Assembly (NCBI GenBank): GCA_002104905.1
Contig: MCFE01000163.1
Span: 1-64,000 of the forward strand
From: Basidiobolus meristosporus CBS 931.73
Lineage: Eukaryota > Fungi > Basidiobolomycota
Length of the DNA: 64,000 nucleotides
Reading direction: 5' to 3'
In this document: positions 1 to 12,368 of the stretch, piece after piece
Numbering within the stretch: the stretch's first letter is position 1
Layout of the letters: each line of letters begins with the position of its first letter
Program-made: the position numbers and the translations under genes
The notes under the pieces: generated by a model
What the model was told of the DNA's origin: nothing
The model's database searches: none
The model's input: the letters and a program-made list of their open reading frames with translations, nothing else

Positions 1-1104
1 AGAGGTAGCGAGTGCTCAGGTCGTTCGGCAGCTTCCCACCGAACAAGACACCCTCCAACGCCATCCTCACCATGACCAAGCGGACGATTTCTCCGATGTA
101 CAAGCCGGATGTCATCTTTTCGAATTGCTGATGCCCAGGCACGGCAGACTCCTCATCCACCTGGATATCAAATTCGCTCCGGCTGATTTGCGCCCCCTGG
201 ATATCGTAGCCGCCACATTCGGTGTTGAACACCATCTTGTCCACTCCCAGAATCGACTTCCATTTGGGCAATTGCTCCAACGAATCCAGATACGCGATGT
301 TAACGCCCGAATCGATGAAGCAACCAATCGTGGTCTGCGAGCACACCGAATAAGCGTGTGCGAGAAGGCTGGTTATCGTGTCGTTTTGAATGGTCAAGAT
401 GTCGACCACGATGTTCTAAGGACTTTCCATGAGTTACCGTTCTTGGCCAGTAGAATTTCCGCATGGGCTTACCTTTCGTCTAAGTGCGTCGAACAATAGC
501 TCGGCAACGTCCTTGCCCAGCAGCCCGGGAACTTTGAACCCCTTGCAGGAGGATAAAACCTGCCCCCTTCCTAGTCCATGGTGTCTAGAGGAGAAGCAAC
601 AGTTTAGTGCCGGATGCCGTATGGATATGCTAAGCCCTAAACCCACCTCATAGGGAAAGCCAGACTGGCAGCCAGGGGGAGGTTCGAGTTTAGAGGGATG
701 TTGAGGTCATTCAACAACGATTCCAGACACTTGGCCAGGAAGTCAAACAGATTCTTGGCACTCTCCTTTGCATGGGCATCCACAACATACTTCTGCAAAG
801 TGAGCTCGTACTTACGAGCGCCGAGGAAAGTGACCGAGCCCACCCCAAGAGTTGCTTCGTCAATCATGACTAGCAGAAACCTGCCTGTCTCTTCGCCGGT
901 AGGCAGAGAAGAAATGTACCCGGGAAGCATAGCCAAGCTGGAGCTGGAGTTGGAGAGGCCGTTTTTGATTTCGTTGACAAAGTGGGTTTTGACGTGAAGG
1001 AGGTCCTCTCTAGCCAGACCGAAGTCCGAACCTAGACTGGTGTCGGAACTGGAGGGGAAGTTGGGGGTCTGTACAGGAAGATTCAGGTCTACAGAGGTGG
1101 TCAT
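1..1104 (-). CDS. Hexokinase-family protein with degenerate catalytic motifs (hexokinase-like); 3' end runs off the window
   Basis: Spliced model: exon 1104-647, GT-AG intron 646-585, exon 584-473, intron 472-416, exon 415-<1, all in frame. Hexokinase-like segments include LAMLPGYISSLPTGEETGRF, LFDFLAKCL, KGFKVPGLLGKDV, QNDTIT, MVFNTECGGYD and QFEKMTSGLYIGEIVRL. Confidence 0.85.
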
Positions 1105-1609
1105 CACTAACTAGAGCAATCGAATGAAACCTCGGGTTCGGTCGCTGGTGAAACATCAGGGAGTTAAATACAACCAGATCCAAACAAAGCCATAATTGGA
1201 GCAGGCAATATAGGTGCGTTTGAAATGGATTTTTTTTCATTCAGCTGCTGAGGTGGGATTGGCATATTTGTCCTGCGAAGGTTCTATCGTGGAAATGGCC
1301 AAGGTAGAACGAATCAGCCGTGGTGACACAGGAATCGGGCATAATTCCCACCATATTTGGAGCATTCCAGTCAGCAATCAAGATCAATCCTTCCATCTTT
1401 GGTCAAGGCAATTTGTTGTGATAATTGCGATTCCCTTTACGATTTGGACCGATTCTTGCTTGAAGAGGGGTGTAGAAGTCACTCCATTTATTTCCTGCCA
1501 TATCGAGAGAGAAAGTGGAGCCAAAAAAGGTGGTGTGTGTGTGAAGTGAATGCATGAATATACATATATGTTGGGATCTAGCCAAGTGATGATGAGGGTT
1601 ATCGATAGA

Positions 1610-3009
1610 TCAAGCGCTGGCTGAGCTGCTCCTGGTGAGAAGAATCACCGTAAGCACTATGGCTATCACCAGTATGATTGCAATGCCAAGTAGGACGAGT
1701 TTTTTCTTGATAGGAGGGGATGGTTAGCGAGGAGAAGGCTGGATTAGTCTGGCATGGGGTCCTTACGGTTCGGGCCTTTCTGGCGATATCTTTGGTTTGC
1801 TCCAATACTTCTATGGCCTGAGCCTGCTCGTCGACCACGCGCTCGGTCGTGTTCTCGATATCTACGATGACCGTTCCCTGGGTTTCGACCATCATATCGA
1901 TTTGTTGGAACAGTTGGGCCAATTGCTACAAGGAATGCGTCAGTACATGTGCGGGCTGGTGCAAACATTCGCAAGACGGACCATCACGCTGTCATGGATC
2001 TTTTGGATGTCTTTGTCTCTGCTCTGTACCGCTTCCAGGAGTTGGATCGCGTGATCCTTGCGGTTGCTCCGGAGAACCTACACGTAACGGGGATTAGCGG
2101 GGCTAGTATCGGTTGATTCGAGGGTGGTGCTGCACTTACTGCTTGAGCAAAGACCTGTTGGTAGTCTGAATCATTTAGAATGGTGTCGATTTCCTCGGGG
2201 GTGGCTTCGGGGTTAACTAGAGGGAGGTCTGGTTGAGTATCAGACAAGATGGCCTAGGTGGTTAGATGGGCCGTTACCGATCTCATATTGTCTAACAATG
2301 GTCTCTTTGTGTTCTGTGTCGTATTTATTCTGGATCCTCTGGTATTCGGCGAGTGCGTTCTTCAGTTTCTCTCGCAGTCCAAGCAGCTAATTTGAGAAAG
2401 AGAGGCCGGATTAGCCTGGGGGCGTGATGATTCAGGGGAGCGAAGATGTACGAACCCGGTTGCGAAATGCCTTCATGTTGGCCGGGGCGGTGGCCGGATT
2501 CCTTGCCAACTCATCGATGGCTAAACCAGAAGAGATGAATGACTACCCAATCGGATGGAGGGCCTTCAGTAAAGCGATCGAGTACCTTGGATTCTGCTTC
2601 GCACGTTCACCATCATCTGCGAGGTCTCTGTCACCAAGATGTTCAGCCTTTTGGAATATTCTGGGTGGTGATGGTTAAGGCGTGTCGTGATAGATCGCTG
2701 AGCGAGAATTGTCCTCGCATGCGAAAAAGGATACGTTGTTGCTCGGACCCGGAGAACGCCTCCAGCATCCTTGAACGAATCCCCTCAATGCTCTTGACGT
2801 GGTTTTCGATCATCTGGATGGTGGTGTCCAGTCTAGAATACTGTAATCGACCAATGATGAACATCCCTTTCCCAGCCCATTTTCTCATGGCAATTAGCCT
2901 ACCTCGTCCCAAAGCGCATCGGCAGGGACCTCTTTGCTGTTGCGATTGGTTCCATACTGGGATGAATGAGAAGAGGTATTCAAGAACCATTTCTGAGGGG
3001 TCTTACCAT
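1610..3009 (-). CDS. Syntaxin (Sso/Qa-SNARE) paralog B, divergent, multi-exon
   Basis: Habc-like YSRLDTTIQMIENHVKSIE, RQYEI|VNPEATPEEID, SNARE motif MAQLFQQIDMMVETQG, C-terminal TM KKLVLLGIAIILVIAIVLTVILL, stop TGA 1612-1610. The start is inferred as an ATG-only first exon (3009-3007) followed by a GTAAGA donor, and is uncertain. Confidence 0.8.
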
Positions 3010-3259
3010 TACGTAGAGGTGCAGAGCAGAGTGTCGCCAGAAATGAGGAGTTCAATGTGGCCCTAAGTGGATGAATCGGAGATTGGCTTCCCTCAACCTC
3101 AATATATTCTCTGGCTCACTTATAAGGCTTATCTATGGTATCTAGATGTGGATTTGGCTTAGATCGCTCCTAAACTCAGCCCAGAGATCTGTCACACAAA
3201 TAGCATTTATTGTCATGGGATATTAGTTGAATACGTAGGTTGGGAATTGTCTATAATTG

Positions 3260-4729
3260 TTAATTTCTAGGCTTGTGGAACTGGGTAAAGTAAATCACCA
3301 GCGCGATGACGATGATCAGTACAACGAAGAATATGAGCAAGCACCATTTTTTCTACACGGTTCATGAAATGGTTAGTCTTGGTCACTGTTAATTCGAGGC
3401 CTTGAAACCAACCTTTCTACTGGCCCGTGCGTACACGATGGCTTGCTCGATCTGCTTATTAGCCTCGGTACTGTGGTTCACGGTAGTTCCCATGTTTTCA
3501 TCGATCTGCTGGATCATTTCGTCTTGTAGGGTGATCAATGTTTGCATCTCTTCGAACAAACGTGCTAGTTCCTATACCGATCGCGATGCTCAATACGGTG
3601 TTTGTAATCAAGGTTCTGGATTAGCCGATCATTTACCACGATACTTTTCTCGATCTTTTTGATGTCGTCGTGTCGATTCTGAACCTCCTTCAAAACCTCT
3701 CGGGCCTCAGTCGACCTCGAAGAGGACATTAGCTGGTAAAGGATTAGACGTCAATGCATACCCCAGGAAAAATATCGGGCCGCCTACCGCCTGGGCAAAA
3801 AGTTGCCCACCACCATCCTCATCCAAGACCCGATCAATTTCATCTTCCGAGGCATCAGGCTTAACTGTGACATGCAAATGAGATGACGATCCACTACCGA
3901 AAGAACAAACATCCACCAACCGATGCGATACTGCCTTTCCATTCGTTCTCTGTACCGGTTTCGGGACTCGTACTCGACCGCTTGATACTTTTTGATTGCC
4001 TCCACGAATTTCTCCTGCAACGCTTGATACTACCGGTTCCAAGAGGTGGGTTAATACTGAGCACCCACCAGTTGGCTAGCGGGATGCGATCTGGTTACCT
4101 TGTTCTTCCTTATCTGAGCTTGTCCAGGGCCGCCAGTTGCCTTTCTGTTGGCCAGATTCATCGCTATGGGAACACAAACATTAGCCCAGTGTTGTTGCGG
4201 AAGATTTCATCGTGTGAGTACATTTCAAACGCTCCTTTATACTGTTCCCCAGTTGAAACGTTTCAGACACCAGTTTGTCGGTCTGCGCATTAATGGCTAA
4301 AACGAAGGTGGGTTGGGTCAGAACACCTGGTCGGTAAAGTTGGGGTGAAGCGAGTTACAGTTGACTTGCTCTTCACTAAATGCATCCAGCACATTGGCGT
4401 GAAGGTCTTGGATTCGTTTCACGTTTTGTTGGAAGAGCGAGATGATATCCTCTATCTCCGTGACCTGCGCTCAGGGAAAGTGCATTAGTACGCCGCTGAA
4501 CGGGACGGCCTATTCGTCAGTAGGACACCTGTAAATGACCCTTACTTCTTCCAGAAAAGTATTTAGGGAAGCGGAAGGGTCGACGTGTTGAACACTTCCC
4601 AGCTCCCAGGCGCCGGGGTCATCTAGGTTTGCATATCCGCTCTTAGGGGGAAGGTTAGTCCTGAGAAGCGGAACGAAGTTTGGATAGCTCGAGCCTCACT
4701 TTCATGCCTGCTAAACGGTCTCTACTCAT
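3260..4729 (-). CDS. SSO1: Plasma-membrane syntaxin Sso1/Sso2-like, paralog A, multi-exon
   Basis: Starts MSRDRLAGMK. Contains QEKFVEAIKKYQAVEYESRNRYRERMERQYRI|VKPDASEDEID and SNARE motif ELARLFEEMQTLITLQDEMIQQID, then TM KKWCLLIFFVVLIIVIALVIYF and stop TAA 3262-3260. Confidence 0.88.
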
Positions 4730-5188
4730 GTTGAAAACTCGGCGGCCAAGGTGTTACAAGTGACCAGTTCTGGGTGAGATGAAGGTGGGAATCAAGGGAG
4801 CGGAAGTAGGTGGACAGGATAGGTATATGTTGTGGGCATGATACAATACAAGGATGTATATACATTCCATAAATGATGGATTGTGAGGTACATTGTCTGC
4901 ATATCGTCACATCTTCATTAGTTTTCCCCAGAAGTAAGCTAGTTCAACCTCATCATGCGAGTCAATTAAATCCGAACTCAATCATTCGCCAACCCACTCT
5001 TGACACTCATCCGTACCCAATCGTGATGAGCCATCTTGTGCAGGAGTCACACGCATGGATCATCAGGGTGCAGCCAGAGAGCTGTATCCTGAGGTGTATC
5101 CCAAACTGTATCCATTGTACCAAACCTACCCAAGCATCTCCCGTTTCCGAATTAACTAGAGGCAATCAAATATACTAGAACTGGGTGT

Positions 5189-6019
5189 TTAATGAGTGAG
5201 TTGTGATTTGGCCCAATCGATGTTCTGCTCTATCCAATCATTGACCACCTTCCCTAATTGCTGTTGCTCCTCCGGTGCTCTGAAGAAATGGGTGGCTCCT
5301 TTGATAACCGCCACCTCGTGGTATGGCTTGGGCCCTAGCACCTCGTCGTACATGTGGACCTCTTGCACCGGAATGGTTGTATCATCCTCGCCATGGACCG
5401 AGAGCACCCGCACTCGCTCTCGATCGATATTTCTCACCACCGACATATCGGTGTTCTTCTTCTTGGTCAGATCCTCCTGGCTGACGACGAAATCTTTCTC
5501 CTCAGTGTTGTGAAGGTACTTGCGCCACACAAAACTCCCTCTCTCCTCCAGTTCCTTCCGCTGTCCTGGGGTGAATCTGTGCATAGGCAGCTCGCTCATA
5601 TCGTACCTGCCCGCAACGTTGATGATCAACGGAACCTCGTGGTGGCTCGACGCATACAGTAGCACCACTGAAGCCCCCTTCGAATGGCCAAGAATCCCCA
5701 ACACGTTCAAGTGAAGCTCCTCCCGCAGATGCTCCACCAAGTACTTCAAGTCCTCCACCTCTTCCAAGTAATTGCCGTACCTAGTGGTTCCTTTACTAAA
5801 CCCGTTCCCGCGAAAATCGATGGCGCACACGTTGAAAGGTAACTGGTTGGTCAACCCGCGGATGATGGTGGAATTCGAGTGATTCAGAAAGCCGTGGCAA
5901 AGCACCAAAACCTGATCAGCAGGTGCGGTGGATTTCTTGGTTAGCACCGCTGAGAGGGAGATCCCTTGTGGCGTTGAAACCTCTATACGTTCGACGAGTG
6001 TACTTGTGTCCGAGGTCAT
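5189..6019 (-). CDS. Alpha/beta-hydrolase (serine nucleophile), intronless, 276 aa
   Basis: CHGFLNHS oxyanion motif, IDFRGNGFSKG, GHSKG nucleophile elbow, HGEDDTTIP acid and GATHFF His. First ATG at 6019. Confidence 0.9.
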   Translation of the reverse strand: MTSDTSTLVERIEVSTPQGISLSAVLTKKSTAPADQVLVLCHGFLNHSNSTIIRGLTNQLPFNVCAIDFRGNGFSKGTTRYGNYLEEVEDLKYLVEHLREELHLNVLGILGHSKGASVVLLYASSHHEVPLIINVAGRYDMSELPMHRFTPGQRKELEERGSFVWRKYLHNTEEKDFVVSQEDLTKKKNTDMSVVRNIDRERVRVLSVHGEDDTTIPVQEVHMYDEVLGPKPYHEVAVIKGATHFFRAPEEQQQLGKVVNDWIEQNIDWAKSQLTH

Positions 6020-6217
6020 TGAAATGGTTAGGCAACCCCTAACCCCCAACCGCTCCGCTCCCCACCTTACTAAATAGATTCGACATCACATAGGTGCATG
6101 CATCATCTCCAATTTAAGAATCGGGATCATATTTATTCTAACAGCAAATCATGTTATCATAGACGGTTGGGGATTTTGGTGGTAAGCAGCCGGAGCACTC
6201 AGTCAAGCGAGTACCTG

Positions 6218-8458
6218 CTAGACTTGGTTGTCTGCTTGATCGGCAGGGCGGCTTTGGGTACCTTCGTCAGCACTATCCTTGGGCTTGCTTTGGGGATGCC
6301 TAAAAGTAGAAAACGTGAGTCAAGTTCGGGCCGAGCGCGGCGGGATGACGCTACTCACTTCTTCGAGTTCGACTCATCCGAGGAATCCTCGTCCCCGGCC
6401 CATTCCATGAAGTTCTCGTGCTCCTCCACAATGTCGAAGATGGCATCGAACTGCTCGTCCTCGGGGTTTTCCGCTCCCAGGTGACGGAAGCCGATATCCT
6501 CTCGATATTCTCCAGAGTCGGGGGCGAAGGCATCGTCATCATCGGACGGCAATTCCTGAAGGCCATATGTAAGAGAGTGCAGTCAAGGGAAATAAACATG
6601 TCGTTTGGTGAGAAATTTCATAAATCCATGAATAAGGATATCTTCTGTTGTTGCTGGTGGGTCTCCAGAGGATCATGATTCCAACGAATACGACGAAATA
6701 CAACACATTCAAGTAGCCATCCATCAAGAACCATCCCATCTGCCAGTGGTTGGACGCCCAGTCGGGGTCTTCATTCCAACGGAAGTTCATCACGTTGATC
6801 ACAAAGAACAGGACCAGAACTACCCCAGAGAAGACCAGAAGCCTCCACAGCCATCTATACATCGCCAGCTTGGCCGATTGCTTCTTGTCGATCAGTGTTT
6901 GCATGGTGTTGGTCAACCCCTGAAGAATGTACGGTTGATCGAGTTAAAGAGAATCATTGGGATACGACAGGTGCGAGTTGTTGCTTGGTCTTTCAAAAAG
7001 GATATCCAAACGTAGAACGTCGTGAAGACGAGGGCGAGTGGCAAAGAGGTAACAAGAACAATGAAGCTTGCGGGTTGGGTGGAATTCAGCGCGGCACTGG
7101 TCGCATACAGGCATCCGAAGATGAAATGCGTCACACTGAGGATGATGCACTTTTTCATGGTGCTTCCAAGCGATGGCCTACACTGGGGGTTAGAGGCGAG
7201 ATCACAACTCTATGCGACAATTTCACACCGGCACTCACTTGACAACGCAGTATCCAAGACATACGATCAGTAACACGAAGAATGAGAGACTGTCACGGCC
7301 AGCGTTGAGGATTACGCTCAAAATCAGAAGGAAAATAGCTAGTTACTGTTAGTGACTTGTGCAGTACAAATGATTTAGGCCAGCTCGATTACATTTAGTT
7401 CCGTGGTTGTTATAATACTGCCAGTAACCGAAGGTGAAGCTCATTTCTAAAGTGATGACGGCTATCAGCCCGGAAATGTAGTTCTGGAAGTGGGCAAGTT
7501 AGCTGAGATTGCTTGGAATTGGCCATGAAGAGAGTGCTTACTTGGACGGGTAGAATTTCGCTCCAGTAACGGATGGTTCCGATAAGCCAGAGAATCCCTA
7601 TCAGAAGGTACACAACAGCGAGAAGGCCATACAGCTTTGAATGGGTCATCCAAAGGGTTAGCAAGATGTCGGAGGAGATTTCAAGGAACCCATAGTGGAT
7701 TTACCGGGAGTTTGGGATAATCGTATGAGGCTAGCTGGCCGAAAGGATTGATCCAATCTACAACAGTCTTGAATTGCCCTTCGGAGGCTCTCACACTGAC
7801 GCAATAGTATCCAGTCCTAGGGATTGGGTATTGAACCACCGTGGGGCTCTTAGAGGTTTCAGGGTCCAGTTGGAAATCCTTGATCTGAATGCTGCTGAGT
7901 TGAGATTCGTCGGGACCGATGAAGGATCCCAGCTGTTTCTCCGTGCAGGCCTTCAAGCGAACAGCACGGTTATCGCAAAAATAGAGTTTCTAAAGAGAGC
8001 TCGTGAGAAAGGAAGGAATTGGGCGGTGCGGTGTTCGACAAAACATACGTCCCCATTATCCGAGATGACTTTTCCCAGATTGTCGTAATCACTCCACTCA
8101 AAGAATAGAGTGGAGACCTTTCCTTTGGATTCGGGTGTGAAAGACACTATACACATCAAGTTCAAATAACCGATAAATGTCAGGAGAGGCGTCGAGGTAA
8201 CTGAAGGGCTTACAAGAGATGTATGGATCTTTTCCGTTGGGGATGGCTGACTTGGAATACATTCCTTGGCACGGCATAAACTCATCGTTTTCCGTCTAGG
8301 AAAGCAATGTCTGGTTCAACTTTGATTTCAACAGTGCCTCGCTACAACAACACACTTACCAGCGTTTGCTTGATAGCTCTAATGGCGGGGGTTTGTAAGA
8401 TGCATAAAAATAGCAAGATCCATAACGGAGCAATGTTGCCCCTGTTGGGAGTTCTCAT
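6218..8458 (-). CDS. PTM1: Lung seven-transmembrane receptor family protein (PTM1/GPR107/TMEM87-like), multi-exon
   Basis: Signal-peptide exon MRTPNRGNIAPLWILLFLCIL, then GYYCV and NPFGQLASYDYPKLP, several TM exons, the family motif LWRPTSNNRRY and an acidic tail. The last intron leads to TAG 6220-6218. Confidence 0.85.
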
Positions 8459-8951
8459 ATTTTTTAAAACTTCAGTTCCACTGTAGCTTACTGACAAGAC
8501 TTCAAAGCCCACTGCCTGTTAGCCGACACACAATATAATCCTGACATGTGCCAATTAAATCAGCCATCCAGCTATGGATCATTAGCCAATCGGAGAAACA
8601 TTTACTACTGAAAGTGCCAAAACCACTATCCCGTATCGTCCATATGGATGATGGGTCATTATTACTTGGACCTTCCCGAGTACTGGACATTGAGTGTCCA
8701 TTTATCGCTACCACATCCTCCTCCTTGGGATGCGTCTCATCCTAGACACGCCACATAATCAAGCGTGCGAGAGTGGATTGAATCGTCGTCTCTGACAATT
8801 GAGGTTGGATCGAATTATTCTCTCCAGTCTCGAAGCTTCAATAGGATTATTTGAAGTAATCTGAGGTGTTGGTCACCAAATGATTAACTAAAAATAGATT
8901 CAGATTGCACCTGGTTGGAGCCAAAATGCCTGATTTATTGCCAATGATGGA

Positions 8952-9638
8952 TCAGATTAGCTCGAGTCTTGGTACCACTTCTTCTTTCAAGGCATCCGCT
9001 TCCCATTCACGCATGGGTTCGTAGTTCAAAATGGTGTCCATATAGCTTCTTGCCAACTCGCTTCTAATAGGGACACTATGGTTTCTGAAGCGCGTACAGA
9101 CCGGGGCATACATAGCGTCGGCTGCTGTGAATCTCCCGAACAAGAAGCCCTCGTCGTCAGCTCTACCTAGGGCCTTGCTGCGGAGCTGTTCCCAAATCTC
9201 CACCACCCGGTCGATTTCAGCCAGGACAGCAGGGTCATTTAGCACAGCTTCCGAAACAGGTACCCGTTGGCGAACGTTGTGAGGTAGAGTTTGTCGGAGA
9301 TTAGGAAAGCCTGCGTGCATTTCAGCGGCAATACACTTGGCGATCGCCTTGTCTTCATGATCGGCGGGCCAGACTTGAGGATTTTGCTCTGCAAGGTATT
9401 CAATTATCCCAAGGGAATCCCAAACGACGAAGAGTTTCGTTTCTGAAGCTCCGATATGCAGGGCTGGAACCTTGCGAGTAGGGCTGATTTTACTTAGTAT
9501 GTTGGCGGTTTCTGGCGCATCCAGGTATACCATCTTGGTGGTGAAATCCAGGTTAAGTGACCGAAGAACGAGCCATGCGCGAAGGCTCCACGAGGAGTAG
9601 TTTTTGTTTGCGATATAGAGTACGAGGCTTTTGGCCAT
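8952..9638 (-). CDS. Glutathione S-transferase of the NKNYSSWSLR class, intronless
   Basis: LYIANKNYSSWSLRAWL, SPTRKVPAL, VWDSLGIIEYLAE, AEMHAGF, and FLFGRFTAADAMYAPV N-capping motif. Confidence 0.9.
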   Translation of the reverse strand: MAKSLVLYIANKNYSSWSLRAWLVLRSLNLDFTTKMVYLDAPETANILSKISPTRKVPALHIGASETKLFVVWDSLGIIEYLAEQNPQVWPADHEDKAIAKCIAAEMHAGFPNLRQTLPHNVRQRVPVSEAVLNDPAVLAEIDRVVEIWEQLRSKALGRADDEGFLFGRFTAADAMYAPVCTRFRNHSVPIRSELARSYMDTILNYEPMREWEADALKEEVVPRLELI

Positions 9639-9935
9639 TTGTGTGAGGTGGCAAGTCAATCTACAGGGAACAGTTCCTGGGCTTTATAAGGAAACACGGG
9701 TGTAAAACATAGTTACTATTATGGCTTTAGTCTTCTGAGTGTAACATTCGCTATCTCTGGATTTGAGACATCTATACATAGCGGGATAGCAAGAGAAGAA
9801 CAGCATTCAGAATCAATGCGCCTATCGATTCGTCAGCGAATATCCTGTCGTACGCAAGAACTCGGTTTATTTCGTAAATCATGGGCAGTGGAGGAGCATA
9901 CAGATTCAAGCTAGTGAACAAGTGATGTGAAGTAT

Positions 9936-11219
9936 CTAAAACTTCAGGTTCTTGGGTTTTTCCCAAGAAAATTCCTCCCGACCAAAGTGCCCGTAGCATG
10001 CGGTTTTTTGGTAGATCGGCTTCCAGAGATCAAGCTCTTTTACGATGATGCCCGGTCTTAGGTCGAAATTGTCCCGGATAATTTGTAAAAGCTCCTCGTT
10101 GGTTTTCTTGGATGTACCATACGTATCTACAAACACAGACAAGGGCTCGGCAACCCCAATAGCATATGAAAGCTGAACAAGGCAACGGCGAGCCAGCTTC
10201 GCTGCAACAAGAGATTTCGCAATCCAACGAGCCGTGTAGGCGGCTGACCTATCTACCTTCGACCAGTCTTTCCCTGAAAAGGCTCCTCCCCCGTGGGCGC
10301 CCCAGCCACCATACGTATCGACAATGATTTTACGTCCCGTCAAACCAGCATCTCCTTGCGGCCCGCCGATAATAAATTTCCCTGAAGGGTTCAAATGATA
10401 AACAGTCTTCTCGTCCACAAACTGTCTGGGTATGACCTTCTCAATGACATGCTCCTTCAGTTTGCTACGGATAGTATCATTGTCAACCTCCGGAGCGTGT
10501 TGAGTGGAAATGACCACGGTGTCAACTCGAAGAGGAACCATGGCACCATGGTCATTCTTGTATTCAACTGTTACCTGTGTCTTGGTGTCTGGGCGTAGCC
10601 ACGGTAGAGTCCCATCCCTACGCAACTCACTCAACTTCATGTTCAATTGATGTGACAGCATGATGGTAAGCGGCATCAGCTCCTTGGTCTCGTCCGTGGC
10701 ATAGCCAAACATTATTCCCTGATCACCTGCGCCAATATCCTCAATGTTCTCACTGACCCGCACCAAGCCTTGCGCAATGTCAGGGGATTGTTGCTCTACG
10801 GCAATTAGAACATTACATGTCTTATAGTCGAAACCTACGAGAAGTTCAGTGTGGTTCAATACGTCTGTGTCTATCCCTTGACCAGAGGATTCTAAAGTAC
10901 CTAGCTCGGAATCTGTGTAGCCGATATCACGGACTGTTCTGCGAACAAGGGCCTGGAAGTCGAGGTTGGCTTTGGTTGTGATCTCGCCAAGCACCATGAT
11001 CATGCCCGTTTTACTTGCGGCCTCGCAGGCCACTTTCGAATACGGATCCTGCTCAAGACAGGCATCAAGTATAGCGTCGGAGATTTGGTCGCATATTTTG
11101 TCTACACCACAAAGAGTTCATTTCCCACACCCAAGCAAAAACGCTAACTCAACATGCTTACCAGGATGGCCCTCGCCAACAGATTCCGAAGTAAAGAGAA
11201 AAGTATCTTGGTCTGACAT
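9936..11219 (-). CDS. SAM2: S-adenosylmethionine synthetase
   Basis: [55 protein letters not shown]. Two introns: one starting at 11161, and a 66-nt in-frame intron at 10900-10835. Confidence 0.97.
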
Positions 11220-11805
11220 GATGGTACGGACTGTGGGTGGTTTCTATCGAGCGTGCTGAGAGTTACTGGGATAACAAATGTTCCTTACCTGGAGGATGGC
11301 TTTAATCCTTTGGTACCAAACCAATAAGATGGCCCATTCCAACAAGTTGGTATCTCAATAATATGGCAGTCACAGTCCCACCTCAGCACTGACCAATGGG
11401 TAATATCCAATTATTTGACCCCCATAGAATTATCATGGCCATTACGAACTATGCGGCTGCAAGGAGATATGGATTTTAAACCACGAAATAGGGGCTTTCG
11501 ATTACGTCTGCCACTACAATGGGTAAATTGTCAGCAAATCTATCTGATGCATCTAGCACACGAATCTATCCTGAAGTTCATTAGCCAAACGGCCTGAGCA
11601 CGTAAGCAACCCATTGAACCTTGTTTGACTCGCATCCACTTGCCGAATTTACCCATGTGAAAAGGGCCATTAATTACACGAATAAAGCACATTTATTAGT
11701 ATTACAAGTGAAATGAATGGTTTAAGAGACCGGTAGAGCCAAGTGAGATCGAAAGAAGCGAGTTCTTGCTTGTGCGGATATGGGAATGCATGTATGAAAT
11801 GGGAA

Positions 11806-12172
11806 CTACAGTTTCCCTTGTTCTCGTAGCTCTTTCTCCTCCTCGGAAGATAAGGTCCAGAACTCCAGGCGTTTTCTATGGGCCCATCTACGTATCTGAT
11901 AAAGACAAGTTATTACCGGTCCTGGTGGAAACAATCAATGACGGAAAACTAACCGGAGTGAAGCAATGGTACTCCATGCCGAAATCGTGATACAGCACAA
12001 AATAGCCAAATATGCCGATAGAAAAAGTGGTGGCAAAAAACCCAATGAATTTCGAGGTGAGCGTGGGCTTTAGAGACTCGGCCGAGAGCACTCTTCTTCT
12101 GTATTTCCCAATCAGACGAGGGTCTTGAATTTGCTCGCGTATAGGTGCCGTGGCTTCTTTTGGGAAGGACAT
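11806..12172 (-). CDS. Small single-pass membrane protein of unknown function (possibly mitochondrial), 2 exons
   Basis: ATG 12172, TM FIGFFATTFSIGIFGYFVLY, then HDFGMEYHCFTP. A GT-AG intron joins in frame to IRRWAHRKRLEFWTLSSEEEKELREQGKL*. Confidence 0.7.
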
Positions 12173-12368
12173 ATTCACAAGGTCCTACTGAATATTGGAA
12201 AAAGCACTCGTGGTTGTCTGAGAGCTGTCTGTATGCTACAGAACGATACTTGTCGGTTGATGAGAGCTCCAGGAACGAATTTTTTTCTTGATCACGATGG
12301 GAATTGCCAAATCTCCCAAAAGCGCATTTGAAAAATATCCATATGTCTTGCTACTCGATGCTTCATAG

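Noticed and set aside
10835-10900. Apparent 22-aa insertion in SAM synthetase ([22 protein letters not shown]) in the ORF track
   Set aside because: It is a 66-nt GT...TAG intron that happens to be in frame; splicing restores the conserved [14 protein letters not shown].
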